The translations under genes were made by a program, and so were the position numbers. DNA of 64,000 nt. Origin: Bigelowiella natans CCMP2755 (Eukaryota > Protista > Cercozoa). The DNA lies in the NCBI GenBank assembly GCA_000320545.1, contig ADNK01001587.1, positions 54,925-118,924 of the forward strand. Direction: 5' to 3'. This document shows, in pieces, positions 25,136 through 36,779 of this stretch. Under the pieces are notes generated by a model. The model did not search any database. It saw nothing but the letters and a program-made list of their open reading frames with translations, and was not told the DNA's origin. The first letter of the stretch is position 1, and the number at the start of each line of letters is the position of its first letter.

Positions 25136-27167
25136 GTGAATCAGAAGTAGTAAGTATTAGTGTGATGAAAATCGAACATCAGAGACGAACAAGAGAAGAA
25201 GAGGAGGAGGAGGAGGAAGAGGAGGAGGATCCGATATAGGAAATCCAACAAATTGACGAAGAAATCGATGAAAAAGAAACTGCTTTTTTCGTCTTCGTTT
25301 TTGCTCCAGCGGTGTCTCATCCATTTACATAATAATTTTGGTGTGATTTAGGTGAGATATAACATGCAAGAGGTGTATATTATCTCACGAAATACTGCTA
25401 TTATTATTGGCACCTTTTGACGTCTGTCGCAACTGTATCCGTCGCTGTTGCTGTTAATGCAAGCAATGGAACCTATGGTTTTCGTGATGGTAGTACTGTT
25501 AATGCGAGTAATGGAACCTGTGGTCGTGGTGGTAGTACGTACTACACCCTACGTTCTATGGCTATGGATGTTGTCCAAATCAATAGGATGATACTATTTG
25601 TATCTCATTGTTCATTTTCTACAAGGGACAAATGATGATGTTAATGAGTGTGAAGGGGGGAGAGATAAGATGCAACACAATTTACTTTCTAAAGCAGCAC
25701 CATATAAATACTACTAATAACAATAAATCCAACTGTAGTATGAAATTACTACTAGCACCTGAGGCATTTGTTGTCGTAGTATACCAAGCTTCTTGTAGTC
25801 AGGTCTGAAATCCTTCAATGGATTGCGACGACAACGACGACGACAACGCAGAGAATGATCGAACGAATGAAAGGAAAGAAATTGAAGAAAAGGTAGGAAG
25901 AACAACAGGAGGAGAAAGAGAGAATTGATAGCTTAGTGATACAATGAAGCTAGTAGTGCAGTAGTAATAGTAGTAGTAGTAGTAGTTGTTGTAGTAGTAT
26001 ATGTATATTGTTAGTACATGTCCCCATTGAGAGCAGCAATGAGCTTCATCGACGACAAACCGATCCACCTTCCCATTATGATATGCCTACAAAGAATATA
26101 TTGTCATAAAATAACAACAACATACCAAAAGTAATCCAACAAATAAAGATCGTGAGAAGAACAAAAAAGCATGTAGATCAACATCAGGTGGCATGATGGA
26201 TGTAGACAAAGAACACAAGCAATAAGTACAAGAAGATGGAAGCTTCTATCTTTAGTTATAAGCAGCTTTAACAGCTTTAGCATCATGAATATGATTGTGA
26301 TTATAACTACAATACCTACTACTACTACCTTCTCGAGGTATGACATCACTCGCTTTGACTTGATCAGTAGCTCCGGTGTCACGTACTAGAAGATGATGCC
26401 AAGTGCAAAAGAAAGGAGTAGGAGGAGGCCAGCAGCAGCAGCAATAATTCAAATTATTGAGGAGGATGTACGAGGAGAGGAAGGGGAGGAAGAAGAAAGA
26501 GAAGAGGGGTGAAATAGTTGTCATTGGTATTATACTTCCTACATTAACAATGCAACAACGGAAGAGCATCATCATCAAATTCTCTACTACTGACTTGACT
26601 ATAATGTCATCGTGGTAGTAGTAGAAGTAGTAGTAGTAGTAGTAGCAGTATCCCCTTTAAGCAGCAGCAGCAGCACGAAGTAGTACAATCATCAACAAGT
26701 ACGTTATCATCGTCGTCATCATCATAATCATCATCATTATCCCCAAATCACAGACATAGTCAAAAGGTATATAACCAAAAGTTTTAGATGATCTGCTGCC
26801 CCCCCCCCATCCTTGAGCAAGGCCATTATATTTTTCTTCTCTTGCTTAGAAATCGAAGAATTTAGTTGTTTTGCAGGAATGCCTGAAATCACAAAGAATA
26901 AGAAGCTGCTAGTTTTGCGCGTGTGACGTGGTGTATTTGTGTATTTGCGCGCGCGCGCGTGTGTGTGTGTGTGTGTGTGTATTTGTGTAGCAGTCGCAGT
27001 GAGAACGTGATATTGCTAAAGTAGTAGTCGTACAGAAGATGATGGGATGATGATGGATTAAAATCGACGGACTTAAAAAAAAGTACTATTAACCGAGATC
27101 ATCTAGCTGTTGTACTTGATCTTGAATCAGCGACAAAAGTGGTGAAATCTGTGAGTAGTATTAGTAT

Positions 27168-27207
<40 letters not shown>

Positions 27208-27493
27208 CGTAGTAATGCTAATTGCTGCATGATTGTCGTCGTCGTCGTCATTAAATGATGCCGAGAGACAGACCTACTACCTAGAGCAGCTACAACTATG
27301 GTTATTATTCTTTGACTCAGTTAGACAGTAGGTAGTCACCACATTTTGTATGATCTTATATCATATTTATGGCCAACGCATTTGTTAAATCTCTTTTTTA
27401 AAAAAACGACATTGTTTAAAAAAAAACAAGAAATAAAAAGTATGAGGCTTTCCCGTAAGTTTTGCTTATTTTTTTTTCATATGCAAATAACAT

Positions 27494-27528
<35 letters not shown>

Positions 27529-28173
27529 TATGAGGCTTCTTCAAGATACTGCATGGTTGAATCAACAAGATATCCTCTTCATAGGTGAGATATAATTCGA
27601 GGGTGGTTCATTCGGTCCTCCTCACTAAGTCGAATAAATATAATATTTCCTCCTCCTAACTAAATAACTACGACTACAAATACTACTACTACTACAACTA
27701 CTACCACTACGCTAAATCCATCCCCCAGCAACGATGCAAGCTGATAAATTAACGATTTCCCACCACCTGTAGATCAGTGAAGAAGCAAAAGAAAGAGGAA
27801 GAGAAGATGGTGAGATATCACATCGAAGAAGCCATATTGAATCGAGATCAACAGTGACGATGGTTTATGTTTGAATATAGTGAAAAGCAGCCCTGGATTC
27901 AAGCACGGAATATTACTCAGCCAACAGTCTAGTTTGGTAGCTGCTTGCTTCTCTGATACTGATTCTACAAAAACCTTGATAATCATCATCATCATCTTCT
28001 TCTTCATCCCAGACAATATATTTGTCGTCTTCAGAAGATAGCTAATTTTATTACATTTACTCATGCTACCTTGCTACTACCTACTACTGCTACTACTACA
28101 CCATTTACACAGACAGATGCACGAAGAGCCTTATCTATTGATTCTTGTTTGTGCATATGTGGTAAGATATAAC

Positions 28174-28222
<49 letters not shown>

Positions 28223-29561
28223 GGTATCATCATTTATTCGTTTTATGATCATCCTATTGATGGGTTGAAGAAGGCTAGTACGACTGACCAGTAGGCATAA
28301 CGACAAAACAATCCTGTTTTGCAAGTGTGCTATTGATGGCCTCTCTCTGGAAAGGTCTAAACGTCTCTATTGAGAACACGCTATAGGACAGCATGTAGGC
28401 ACGGGGACAAAAGAAGTATATTAGACAAGAAATATTGTATGCTTTACAAGTATATTTCAGTGATAAGAGAAATAAAAAACAGATATATGGCATCATTTTG
28501 ATTGGTACGTTCTACCTACAAAATTCGAAGGATTGTTATCTATCTACCGGATTGTGCAAAAATGGTGGTGGTGGTAGTAGTAGTAGTAGAAGTAGAAGTA
28601 AAAGTATACCCTTCAAGCACACGATCGACTTCAGCATCCCACTCAAATGTACCTTTGAATCAAGCACCATTAATAACAGTAAAAGATTATGATCACGACG
28701 ATAATGATGGCGATGATGATAATGATGATGATGGTAATGTGATCAATGAGATGTTGTAGTGTATGACGTAAAATGCTATTAATTTGGGAAGCAGCAAGAA
28801 GACGTATAGCAAGAAGGTGTATAGCAAGAAGACGTTTACCTGAATAAAGTATTGTATCTAAAGCGTATTATATCTATGGCCCATACAGAACTGTTTTCTA
28901 CCGAGCAGACCCCCCTGTTTTTCCTCCCTTTCTGAGAAAGAACTACCTTTTGGATCAAACATCACGCTGCTACTATGTCCCATGATATTTTCTACTTTGC
29001 AACAAATACAACGGTCATGATACAACCATAAAATAATGCTATCGTGGTAGACGGTGACCACGCTGACGACGACGCAAGCATGGCGACGATGACGATGGAA
29101 GCTATAGATCGGCAATAAAGATAACTACGACTTGTTTCGTTTTCCAGGTTCTTTCGACTGCGTCGCCGACCAAGTTCTTCCTGACAAACGCTTAAATAGC
29201 CCTGCCGTTCAGAAATTTTCCTATGTGGAATGCATGGGAGGATAACATTTTAACGCTGATTATTCTTTCAAGAGATGTTTATTACCTTTGTATTGATTCA
29301 AGATCCTCATACAACCCAGAGAGATCTTGCTTTACATTTTGAACTTCCAATTCCAGCTCTTCTAGGCTAGATGCAAAGTCGAATAAGCAATCAGGCGATG
29401 ATTCTCCTCGTGCTTCGCCCAAACGATTCAAATCTCCTTTTTCATCCTAGTTAATTAGATACAGAACCACATCAGGTCAATATCCAGTTCTGAGATGTGT
29501 AGGAGGTTAAGTGGTTGGCTACCCCTGAATCTAGAAGGTCAATAACTTCTGGGGGGGGCAT
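19050..29561 (-). CDS. RECQL: RecQ-family ATP-dependent DNA helicase, RECQ1 subfamily, ~32 exons
   Basis: Spliced motifs: FEWD...FRPFQREAIN (motif 0), MPTGGGKSLIYQ (I), ISPLLSLIQDQ (Ia), YVTPE, VVDEAHCCSQWGHDFRPDY (II), LALTATAT (III), GIIYC, YHA, CATIAFGMGINK (V), YYQESGRAGRDG (VI), Zn-binding CRR...CKGMCDNC, and winged-helix hairpin LLKEKFRHTAYACNSY resembling RECQ1. N-terminal coiled coil; low-complexity charged C-terminus. Confidence 0.95.
21546..21684 (-). other. GC-AG intron in the RecQ gene
   Basis: The exon reads CDNCCQRQIHQRR and hits a stop with no GT available. Donor AG|GCAATA joins in the right phase to the next exon (SNISNSDDNEYYTEYDCAQGIQIM). Confidence 0.7.
22918..23004 (-). 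repeat. 41-bp tandem duplication of a RecQ exon plus its acceptor
   Basis: Copy 22962-22997 encodes PVVRFIVHQTIF and copy 22918-22956 encodes LNVRFVVHQTISK; each is preceded by GTTAG. Confidence 0.9.
23669..23727 (-). repeat. Short dispersed repeat ending in an (AAG)n tail; second copy at 21192-21263
   Basis: gacactcaacctaccactgggcgggggcaattgcaaaaaatgaaaaagaagaag versus gacactcaacctaccatgggaggggggcagctacaaaaaatgaagaagaag. Confidence 0.8.
24570..24676. repeat. Diverged intronic tandem duplication (~52-bp unit x2)
   Basis: ggtaac(a/t)acaact(a/t)tataacttctcat...aaagataagt occurs twice in tandem. Confidence 0.85.
25451..25538 (-). repeat. ~45-bp tandem duplication of a RecQ acceptor plus exon start (VPLLALT)
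   Basis: cacag|gttccattactcgcattaaca followed by catag|gttccattgcttgcattaaca. Confidence 0.9.
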
Positions 29562-29875
29562 CGGTTGGTTCTAGGAGAGAATTCTGCCTAGTAACATTCT
29601 CGTCGAGTAGTATTCATTCTCGAGTGGTATTATTTATTATTCTCGAGTGGTATTATTACCTCAGGTACTACTACTATTTAAATGTTACAAAAAATTATTG
29701 ATAATATTCCAATGATGTAGGTTATTTTGACAACACCAAGATTGCATTTTGTATTCATATTCTAAAAGCATTCTTATTACTTATATATATGATTCGTAAT
29801 ATTAGTAGTTTCTAGGATAAATAATTGACCAAATTACTTCAGATCGCAGATTCGCTTTCGGTAACCACGTGCAGG
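29562..29875. promoter_or_regulatory. Compact bidirectional promoter region (RecQ / LYR gene)
   Basis: Divergent ATGs ~315 bp apart; AT-rich, with three copies of attctcg(tcg)agtrgtatt at ~29596-29655. Function inferred from geometry. Confidence 0.55.
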
Positions 29876-30979
29876 ATGCCGGTGTCGGTGGCTAGCCTTT
29901 ACAGGTAGATAGAGGAGGGGGACATTATAAAATAACATTACAATCCTACATACTAGGAGTTATCAACTACAACAAATCAATGAACACGGCAGGCATGTAC
30001 TCCGCTCCATACGACTTATTCCAGCGACGTCTGAGCGTGAGCTGTACCTACAGGAGGTCGGTAGAGATAATTCGTGCTGCTAGCAGTAAGAAGAAATAGC
30101 AGCATCAGCAGTAGTATTGGCAAAAAGAATGCTAGTGGTTTTTGTTATTATTGTTGTGGTGTTGCTTGTGGCCATGTAGATGCAATAGACCAACCGTGAA
30201 GTTTGATGACAATAACAGTGCTGTTGCCTCCCACACTTCTTTCCCGAAGACAAAAGTGGAATTAAAGAGTCTCACCATGAAACTCATCATTTCCTTTGTG
30301 TCATCGTTTCAGGCACGGAGTTCATTTAAAAAGAACATGAACCTGAAAGATCGGTGAGTAATACAATAATAATCTCAAAAGAAAGTTATTTCATTTATGT
30401 CCTACCGACTACATCGAATTAGGAAAGACATTGATACTGCCATAGGCACTATTATATCGAAACTGTCCTTTCTTCACATCAAACATCCAAAGACAAAAGA
30501 AGCTTGTCCTAAAGATTTACCAGAGGTCAAAATGGTTAACGATATTCATCCCTTCTCACATAGAAACTCAGTCATGAAACATGACATGCTACTACCAACA
30601 CATTCGTATATTCTTCAAATTTATAAAAATACGCTACAAAGGGGTTAGAACTTGCCGCAGCTCGATCAGTTGTTGACGGAGTGTCCAAGACATATTATCA
30701 CAATGGAAGGGTACTGTAGACCTAAAATTGAACATACCACTGCACTTGAGATTAGGACATTATTAAATTGTAGCGCATTTCGGGGGGTCCAGAGAATCAC
30801 ACTAAGGCGAGAAACTACGCTGGAACCCTAGACCCGGATGATATCAAGGTGGTATTCACAGTTGAGATGATTATTGATCCACATGTGCACATTTCAGAAC
30901 AAAGTGTGTTTCACAGAGACATCATCAACTAGTGGAAAGGCAACATTTTGGGGGACCTTTCTGGAAAAACAAAAGATGA
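29876..30979 (+). CDS. Small LYR-motif (Complex1_LYR-like) protein, probably mitochondrial, 7 exons; absent from the ORF track
   Basis: Spliced product MPVSVASLYRHVLRSIRLIPATSERELYLQEARSSFKKNMNLKDRKDIDTAIGTIISKLSFLHIKHPK...LDPDDIKRHHQLVERQHFGGPFWKNKR*. Has LYR plus the downstream R..F..N pattern. Confidence 0.85.
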
Positions 30980-31063
30980 AAAGAGGTAGAGTCTGAATTT
31001 CCATGAACGGAAGATGCCAGGAGAGAGACAAAACATTCGAGCTACTCACACATCGACCGACAG

Positions 31064-31083
31064 CAAATGATAAACATGCAATA

Positions 31084-31123
<40 letters not shown>

Positions 31124-31144
31124 CCATATTGCTGTGTCTATCAT
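31064..31144. repeat. Copy of the hairpin repeat with an expanded (TA)n loop
   Basis: caaatgataaacatgcaata-(TA)n-tattgctgtgtctatcat matches 1171-1227. Confidence 0.75.
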
Positions 31145-33035
31145 GCAACGACTCACACAGCAACCGCCACTTGCTGAAATTGCTGAAATTAATGCCTCCA
31201 CGAAGGAAATTGCGACCTTGTGATGATGCGATGCACACAGATCTCATGCATTTTGCCAGCTCGTCAATTGCCCGCAAGTCTATACCAGTACGTGAGACAG
31301 CAATTGGAGCATGCATCTTCATGACCATGGGGACCACATGGTCCACACAAGTCCACACTAGCACATCTAGACATGAGTGTGCACGCGCAAAACACATGCA
31401 CACATCAGTTTTTTGTCACGTGCAAAAAAAGGCACGCGCACGTGCACTTGCTGCGCTTTGCTAGTTCGTGCCACACGTGAGGTTGGAGGCACACGTGGTG
31501 TGTGATGTGTAAGTAATAATAATAAACAGTTATAATTACTTACACATCACACACACGTGAAGTGGTCGATGCACACGTGCACACGTCACAGACAATGCAC
31601 GTGCCAGCGTGCAGGACTGTGAAGTACACGTGCGCAACTTCACGGTGCCTCTTATTCATCCGTCGCGAGAGCCGCTCAAAACGAACAACTTTGAATTGAC
31701 TAGTTGTAGCTCATTGGTGCTGCGATGCGTGTGCAATGTGAGGCAAGCGATCTCAATGATTGAACCACTTGTAAGTGGCGCACACGAAGAACGTGTTCTC
31801 ATTGCACCTTGCCAACTAGCCAGCTTGCACTGGTTTCGTGCTGTCGTGGAATTGGTCTATAGTGGTGCGTGCTGCACTGAACTCTAGCACTGCTGGTTGC
31901 TTGACAAACTCGGGAAACTCAGCTCAAAGCGCAAGTGCAAGTGATGCTGACGACCGTGCTGGATGAATGCATGCTCTGATGCCATGGGGACCACACAGTC
32001 CATGTTGGCTAGCTGGCTGTGTGAGTGGCTAGCTCCAGCTAGAGCTGTCCTGTGAAAGTGGTCTCTGGACACTCGCTCGTGAGTGACAAACTACGAGATG
32101 CTGGAAGGTGGCCAGTGTGACTGCAACAAACTTGACATGCGTTTCAAAGAGCCATGCCAATTTGCCATGCACTGAGCGCTGAATCAAACTTTCTAGCTTT
32201 CCATTTTGCACGGTGTTTCCGCCGCCGTTCACGCACGACTCTGCGACTGCCATGCAATGGACGAGCGAAGTGCGAAAGAAGCACCAAGCATCATCATCCT
32301 TGACTTTTTGCTCGTGAGAACGTTGGGTTCCATGTCCACGTTTTCACGTTGCTCCGCCAGCAGATGAGCAACACGTCCAGACGTCTAGACGTCCAGGCGT
32401 GCGAAGCGTCTCGAAGTCAACTGGTCAACTCGATGAACTTCCAACCGTGCACTGTGCAACCTGTCGTTCAAACTTGTCGCCACAATCGCTGGCGATTTTC
32501 TGGCTGGCGCATCACTTGAGTGATCGAAAGCTTGGCACCTCAACCAACAAAGAAACCAGCTGAAGTCTCAGATTTTGGATGAAATCGACGTTTGGCCTGC
32601 GAGTGCGGGCAACGCCTACCAGCCAGCTAGGCCAGCAAACAAGACGGGTGACTGGGTCGTCAGCCTGGTTGTGGTGGGAGCCAGGGAGGCTGTTCCAACT
32701 CTTGGTCCAAGGCGGGTGATGGTGTTGTCCTGCTCCCACAATCGTCCACACATGAACATTGCTTCCAGAGCATGCTAGCATGGAATTAATGAAGCGGGGA
32801 ATCGTGAACTTGAACGCCAACTTGTCAATGCTCGCTAGCTCGCTCCCAAGTCGGCGCCTCGCCTCCAATTGCTCAAGCTAGTGCCCTTGTGCAGGTTCAA
32901 GAAGCATCTCAGAAAGTGTGGCGAGCATTTTGAACATGAGACAAACATTCTCACATGTCGCAGTGTAGAATCCAATTCCCCTAGCCTTGACAGAGCGAAT
33001 GTTAAATGTGCGAGTGCTTTCTTGGGTTCATGTGT
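31130..33035. repeat. TpA-depleted intergenic island 4, including decayed coding-like sequence
   Basis: Hand count for 31921-32520: 6 TpA (5 CTAG, 1 CTAC) and about 35-40 CpG. Long frames are interrupted by a few stops. Confidence 0.8.
31498..31554. repeat. Perfect 20-bp inverted repeat with a 17-nt AT-rich spacer
   Basis: gtgtgtgatgtgtaagtaat (31498-31517) and attacttacacatcacacac (31535-31554), flanked by CACGTG on both sides. Confidence 0.9.
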
Positions 33036-33650
33036 CAAATAAGATCTTGGGAAAATATTTTAATAATGTCCTGGATCTAAAATATTTTTCAAGGCAAATG
33101 TGATGTCGCAGGGGTGTAATCTCATTACATATGCTATCTCGAGATATATTGGGTGCAATCCAAATCTCAACTTGGCGTAGGCCCCCACAAGGTAGTTCCG
33201 ATAGGCATGCGGACATGTTTTAGAGATGTAGGTGTATGATAGGCTCATGATTGTGGCAAATAATGAACTGTATCGAGAGGGAAGCAAAATTAATTACAAC
33301 ATGTGCATCTGGGATACAATTAGCATCAAGCTATTGAGACATTTTCACAAGATCGTCCGCAGTCGTCTTTGGAGGACACTTGAAAGGTGTTATCCTAGCT
33401 GTAACTCTCCTTCAATACAATTATTCACGAAAGATGTATTTTGAGCTAGCTCCTTCCATTTCTGCCTTCTCCTCTTCTCCGAAGCCCCCCCATTTTCTTC
33501 TCACATACCATTCTCATTGCTCGACAGGCACTAGGAGGACCACCCTAATCATTTTGGTATTCCGACCTTGCCCCTCTTAATTCTTGCTTCTTCTCTTCGT
33601 TCTTTGATTTGTTTCCTGTTCCTAGTCTTATTCATCTTGTTGTCAGGTCG

Positions 33651-34176
33651 ATGGCTTCGGTGTTTCAGAACCAACAAAATGCTTTCGTTGGTGGCTCAAA
33701 CTATGAAGTAGAAGCAAAGGGAGATAGCAAAGAAGCTACGTCTGTCCAATCGCCTCTAATTGCTGTAGATCAACAGCAGGTGTGTGATTCTGGGGAATAT
33801 AGCTGATTCAATTTTGTGTGTTGAATCCGAACAATGAGTGGATGCTGTAAATCTAACCTATGCAGCTTTTCTCTGAAGATGTCGAAGCATATGCTACCGA
33901 GGTAGTAGTAAACAATGGATCGACTCCTTAAATGTGTGAACCAATTACTACACAGGCTCATACGCATATGAAGGTACTAATTCCACGTTTGCAACTTCAG
34001 ACATTGAAATGTGGAGAAATGGAAAAAGGAGCTTCTGATAAGGTCGGATTTCCCAAGAATCCATACTTTTTTGTACACTAAATATGGTATGCATGCATTG
34101 AGTGCATTGAGACGATTTCTGTAATAAACTATTACTCCTTCCTCCTCTCCCCCTACCCCCCACCCCCCCCTCCCCT

Positions 34177-34221
<45 letters not shown>

Positions 34222-34687
34222 ACATCCCACTGATACCATGATCTTGTCACCGATACGATCTTGTCACCGATACTGCACTACTTTTCACTAAACTACTTAC
34301 TTGTTACTGAGCCTAATTTTTTCTTAATGCAGCTCTCATCATTTGTGTCATTTAATTCTGACCGTTGTTTCTTCATAAAGCTCTCTTTTACGTCATTCAA
34401 TCCTGAACTTACGTCAAGGTATATCCAACTAATCGCGGGCACTTAATAGAATTAGTCGAATCAATTCTAATCAGGAAAACGATTTGAAATTAAAAAATGG
34501 ATTGATTTATGAGATTAGCTTTCATAAAATATTGTTAAATGCCAATCAGATTGATAGACGTTGATTCGAAGATCCTGAAGCAGTTTCGCTTCGATTCTGA
34601 GGTACACGAACATTATGTCGTAGGGATTGAGCGAGCTGTTAACACTAGCACCATTGAATCATCGTCGTCGTCATTGTCGTCGTCGGT

Positions 34688-34733
<46 letters not shown>

Positions 34734-36270
34734 CATATCCTATCCAAATCGTGTAATAAGAGTATTTCTATGAACGTGTTCATGAACCTTTCTTAAGGTG
34801 AAACAGTCTATATCTAAGGAACTCGATCTCCTCCAGCCGTCGGTAGTTTTATTACTAGTTCTCATACTCATATTATGAATACCAGGTAGAGTAGGTAGTG
34901 CTATAGAAAACAAAGACAAAAACATTATGGCCAGGCCACCTTATTATACGTTATTTTCTGATAATACTTAGTCGAAGCTGGATGCGCTGCTGCAGTACTC
35001 CAGTAAGATTTTAGAGCAGTCCAAGGAAGCTTACAATAAAGAAACGGAGCAGGTGCAAAGATCCTAATATGGATATATTTACTAATATCTTAACTACATC
35101 CTAATATGGATGAGTGGAATGGGTAATGGTAGTAGTAGTAGGGTTGCTGCTGATTCTGATTCTATCTCCTTGTCATGCATGCAGAAATGGCCATATAATA
35201 ATAACTTCTACCGAAAATCAACACATAAAACTAATATTGACAAATTATAAAGTAAGTAAAATAGATATAATCGCTTATTTCCAGCACCATCTCATCTACA
35301 ACTCATGCTCGTCATAAACCAGAACGTTGAGAATAGCAAGAAGGTGGAGAAATCTATTCGACTACAAAATGAATCCAAGACAAAACCGATTTCTAACAAC
35401 TCCAAGTTGGGATTAAAGTGTCTTGTAGATGTCACTCTTACTATGAAAAAGGCGCTAACTATAGAAAGAGGAAGCAGAGATGGCAAGCAAGACATCCCGC
35501 TTATGTTGTATGAGTGTATTTCATCAACGCTGAATGAGCTACCACCTCTTTCTTTACAGGTACTAGTAATAGTAATAGTAGTAGTAGCATATCGGTATTA
35601 GAGAACTTGAAGCGAGGTTGGGTTGATGTGATGAGGTGCATATGGTTATCGTGGTAGTAGCGATGATTATAACAACTCTTCCTCGTTGCCCCCACTCTTC
35701 CCTTTCCTTTATTTCAAGCCTGGAACAATAGAAGGCCTGGAGACAGAAATTCGGCCTGTGATCAAAATGTTGCACTCCACGATCCTTTCTCCAAAAACGT
35801 CACAGAAGGAACGTGCCAAAGCGCTCGAAATCTGCCTCGGATTTGGTCCATATACATCGATTATAAAATCATAAATTCAGTCAGCATTAGTGGTGTCATC
35901 ATCATCCTCATCATCATCATCATCATCATCATCGTCATCATCATCATTATAGTAAACTCCTCATTCTCGTATCAAATTTTGTTTGCTGTCATTATTACAT
36001 TACACAAATTCAGGGTTGGCTCAAGGATCTTTGGAGCAATTATTGGGAGTTGTTACATCTGCACTACTCCATACTGCGACGTCTGGCACACCGTTATTAT
36101 TCCCAAATCACAGCAAATTGATCCAAAACCTCGAATCGCACAAAAATGATTTCGGGAACAGAAAAATCCTTCCTCGAGGTAGAAAACCCGAAGACTTAGA
36201 AAAGGAATTTGAGGAAGATCCAATATTCGATTACGACAAGGAAGGTGGTACCAACAGTAATGATGGGACA

Positions 36271-36357
<87 letters not shown>

Positions 36358-36747
36358 CGGGAGAAGGGGGGGGGGGAGCTCAGCAATAAAATATTAATAT
36401 AAGATCCTTGTGGAAATACAGCAAAAGGAGCTTTTTAATGATTGGCTACACTATCTTATGTTACTGTTTCCTTGTTCCGTGAACATTTTGTCTTCCCCGC
36501 ATTTAATGAACTGAACTACTATATGATACTACCACTACATCAACAGCTAGGAAAACTGGTTCCAACTCTGCTTTAAGCGCCGGTGCAAAAGCATTAGCTG
36601 CACTCGCAAACTTATCGTCTACTGCTGTAGAGATAAATAAAGGGGGGGGTGCACGGCGGAAGGGTGGTGGTAGAGGTGGAACTCCTGTGGAAAGTAACCT
36701 TCTCTTTGAACTCGATGGGTCATGTGAAATGACAGAAACTGAGTGGT

Positions 36748-36779
<32 letters not shown>

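Noticed and set aside
2925-30979. Functional gene cluster (aminotransferase, transporter, dioxygenase)
   Set aside because: No substrate evidence links them and there is no core biosynthetic gene; adjacency alone is insufficient.
33149-33163. Minus-strand hairpin with an ATTGCAC loop suggesting U1/U2 snRNA
   Set aside because: No U1 5' end, U2 branch-pairing sequence or properly placed Sm site nearby.
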